Origin: Xylanibacter ruminicola 23
Lineage (GTDB): Bacteria > Bacteroidota > Bacteroidia > Bacteroidales > Bacteroidaceae
Assembly: GCF_000025925.1 (NCBI RefSeq)
Contig: NC_014033.1
Span: forward strand, 390,001-422,000
DNA length: 32,000 nucleotides
Direction of reading: 5' to 3'
In this document: positions 30,454 to 32,000 of the stretch, piece after piece
Position numbering within the stretch: the stretch's first letter is position 1
Layout: each line of letters starts with the position of its first letter
Notes under the pieces: model-generated
What the model saw: only the letters and a program-made list of their open reading frames with translations
Told to the model about the DNA's origin: nothing
Databases searched by the model: none
Translations under genes and position numbers: made by a program

Positions 30454-32000
30454 ATGGAAGCAAGAACCATTTCAATTAACGGAGTCATTCAGCGAAACAC
30501 TTTGTTGCGTATCCCTTATTTCCAGCGTCGTTACGTTTGGGGTGAGGAAGACTGGAAACGCTTTGCTATCGACATGGAGTCGACTCTCGACAGCGACCGC
30601 TGCTATTTCCTTGGTGCCATCATCCTCAAGGAGGAGCCTGTAACCATGGCTGACCGTCGTAATGGCATCGCCAAGCGCCAGTTAGTCATCGATGGACAGC
30701 AGCGTCTTACTACTCTGAGCATCTTCATGAAGGTTCTTCACATGATGATTGGTAAGAACGATGATTTCGCAAATCAGTTCCTTCAGGCCGACGCCGTGAA
30801 GTCGCCTGTCATCATCCACAGCTGCGATGATATGCCTCAGTTCAGCAACATCATGCATCTCGATGTCCCCAATGAATTGCAGGCCGACAGCAATATCGTA
30901 AATGCGTACAACTACTTCCGTACATATCTCGAAGGTCGTCGTGCCGCTGGTGTTAACCTCAACGACTTGCTGAACACTATCAATGCCTGTGTTACTTTCG
31001 TTTCTATCTCTCTGACTCGTGACGACGACGAGCAGCAGATATTCGACACCATCAACTCTCTTGGCGTGCCCCTTACTACGGGCGACCTCATGAAGAACTT
31101 CCTCTACGAAGCTGCCGACGAGGCTGCCTATCGAGATAGCTGGCGCCCGATGTTCGATGTCGACGAGGCCCGTAAGTTCTGGGATGCTGATGCCTCTGCT
31201 GCTCATCATAGCAAGTCAAAGGATAATGCTACTATCGAGCGCTTCTTCCACGCATTCGTTCGCCTGAAGATGTGGGATTTCAAGGACCGTCTTACCGAGG
31301 CACAGCGCAAAAGCTTCGTCAAAGCCGAGAATATCTTCTCTACCTGCAAGGCATTTGTCGGTGAGTTCGGCATGGATAAGCAGCAGTTAGCCAAGGAGAT
31401 ACTCGAATACGCTAAGCTGTTTAAGGACAATCTCAATGAGGATATCCTCGATACCCGCATTCCTCAGCATGCTGGCATCAAGCGCATCTCGTGCATCATC
31501 AATACCACCAAGAACTACGTTGTTCTGCCTTATGTACTCTATGTACTCCACGAGGTGGCCGATGAGGCTGAGCGCAACAAGATATTCGATTATCTCGAAA
31601 CCTACCTTGTTCGCCGAATCATTACCAAGAATCCTAACAAGGACTATTTTGGCCTCTTCTCTGAGTACCTTATCTGCCAGAAGACTGTAACTTACGATGC
31701 GCTCAAGGCATACATCGAGGATAAGGATGATAGCAAGAACCTGGCCATGCCTTCAGATGCTCGTATCCGACTCGCTCTTAACAACAATAAGTTCGATGAG
31801 CAGTACGCACGCCTGATACTCTATCTGTTTGAGACGAAGCTTACCAAGACTTCTGACAACATGATGACTGGCGGTATTTCGGCCTACTATGCCGAGTCGT
31901 TCATGCCTCGCCCTTGCCTGACAGCCAATCCCAACTGGGCTACGCATACCGACCCTGCCGATGAGGAAAATCGTCGTCAGCTGATAGGTACTATTGGCAA
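30454..32000 (+). CDS. DUF262 domain protein (GmrSD-like type IV restriction / ParB-like nuclease N-domain); partial, runs off the right edge
   Basis: Absent from the ORF track (open at the edge). MEARTISINGVIQRNTLLRIPYFQRRYVWGEEDWKRF...FLGAIIL...VIDGQQRLTTLSIF...DDEQQIFDTINSLGVPLTTGDLMKNF carries the pYFQR.yvW and DGQQR signatures of DUF262. Confidence 0.75.
   Translation, partial: MEARTISINGVIQRNTLLRIPYFQRRYVWGEEDWKRFAIDMESTLDSDRCYFLGAIILKEEPVTMADRRNGIAKRQLVIDGQQRLTTLSIFMKVLHMMIGKNDDFANQFLQADAVKSPVIIHSCDDMPQFSNIMHLDVPNELQADSNIVNAYNYFRTYLEGRRAAGVNLNDLLNTINACVTFVSISLTRDDDEQQIFDTINSLGVPLTTGDLMKNFLYEAADEAAYRDSWRPMFDVDEARKFWDADASAAHHSKSKDNATIERFFHAFVRLKMWDFKDRLTEAQRKSFVKAENIFSTCKAFVGEFGMDKQQLAKEILEYAKLFKDNLNEDILDTRIPQHAGIKRISCIINTTKNYVVLPYVLYVLHEVADEAERNKIFDYLETYLVRRIITKNPNKDYFGLFSEYLICQKTVTYDALKAYIEDKDDSKNLAMPSDARIRLALNNNKFDEQYARLILYLFETKLTKTSDNMMTGGISAYYAESFMPRPCLTANPNWATHTDPADEENRRQLIGTIG

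Noticed and set aside
30682-31460. Minus-strand ORFs 30682-31209 (175 aa) and 31206-31460 (84 aa)
   Set aside because: They are antisense to the DUF262 gene, whose plus-strand frame carries the DGQQR and pYFQR signatures.

Overview
This looks like a Bacteroidales-type chromosomal segment, possibly Prevotella/Bacteroides-like. That guess rests on recurrent TAnnTTTG -7 promoter boxes, weak or absent Shine-Dalgarno sites, and a DUF4143 AAA ATPase; confidence in taxon is low to moderate. All domain calls come from reading the translations against remembered family signatures, with no database search.

Layout:
- Positions 1-3235 carry ordinary genes: a membrane-fusion efflux adaptor (partial, not in the ORF track), a MATE transporter and an M15 metallopeptidase.
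- From about 3.3 kb to the right edge the window is accessory and defence-island-like.
- 3297-4903: an AAA/DUF4143 ATPase cassette bracketed by perfect 84-bp direct repeats.
- 5.0-8.2 kb: a plus-strand arm with an acidic protein, RmuC, a coiled-coil protein and two paralogous mini membrane proteins.
- 8271-13807 (minus): a 183-aa protein, an ECF-like sigma, an anti-sigma-like/papain-like peptidase/RyR fusion, a sigma-70-like protein, a proteasome-like Ntn pair and a 189-aa protein.
- 13955-22327 (minus): a five-gene operon of RyR, a second proteasome-like Ntn pair, and two giant paralogs (DUF4062/TIR-like N-domain, coiled coil, TPR, with Sel1 repeats in one).
- 22.5-28.2 kb: ADP-ribose/NAD-metabolite-type enzymes (Nudix, HAD, 2H phosphoesterase, bacterial-type PARG, NADAR) plus a methyltransferase-like::Ser/Thr kinase fusion.
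- 28.2-30.2 kb: a third sigma-like protein and a 409-aa internally duplicated protein.
- 30454 to the window end: a DUF262 (GmrSD-like) gene, partial.

Main candidates for novelty:
1. The duplicated RyR + Thr1-Ntn (proteasome beta/HslV-like) pair modules linked to TIR-like-TPR sensors.
2. A 38-nt promoter-like motif (TGTTAGAT-N12-GTGT-ACTA-ATATATAGA) found seven times with invariant spacing upstream of island genes. It differs from the canonical Bacteroidetes promoter and co-occurs with island-encoded sigma factors.
3. A family of TGAATA-iteron repeats present at four sites.

No tRNA, rRNA, CRISPR array, integrase or transposase was recognised in the window.
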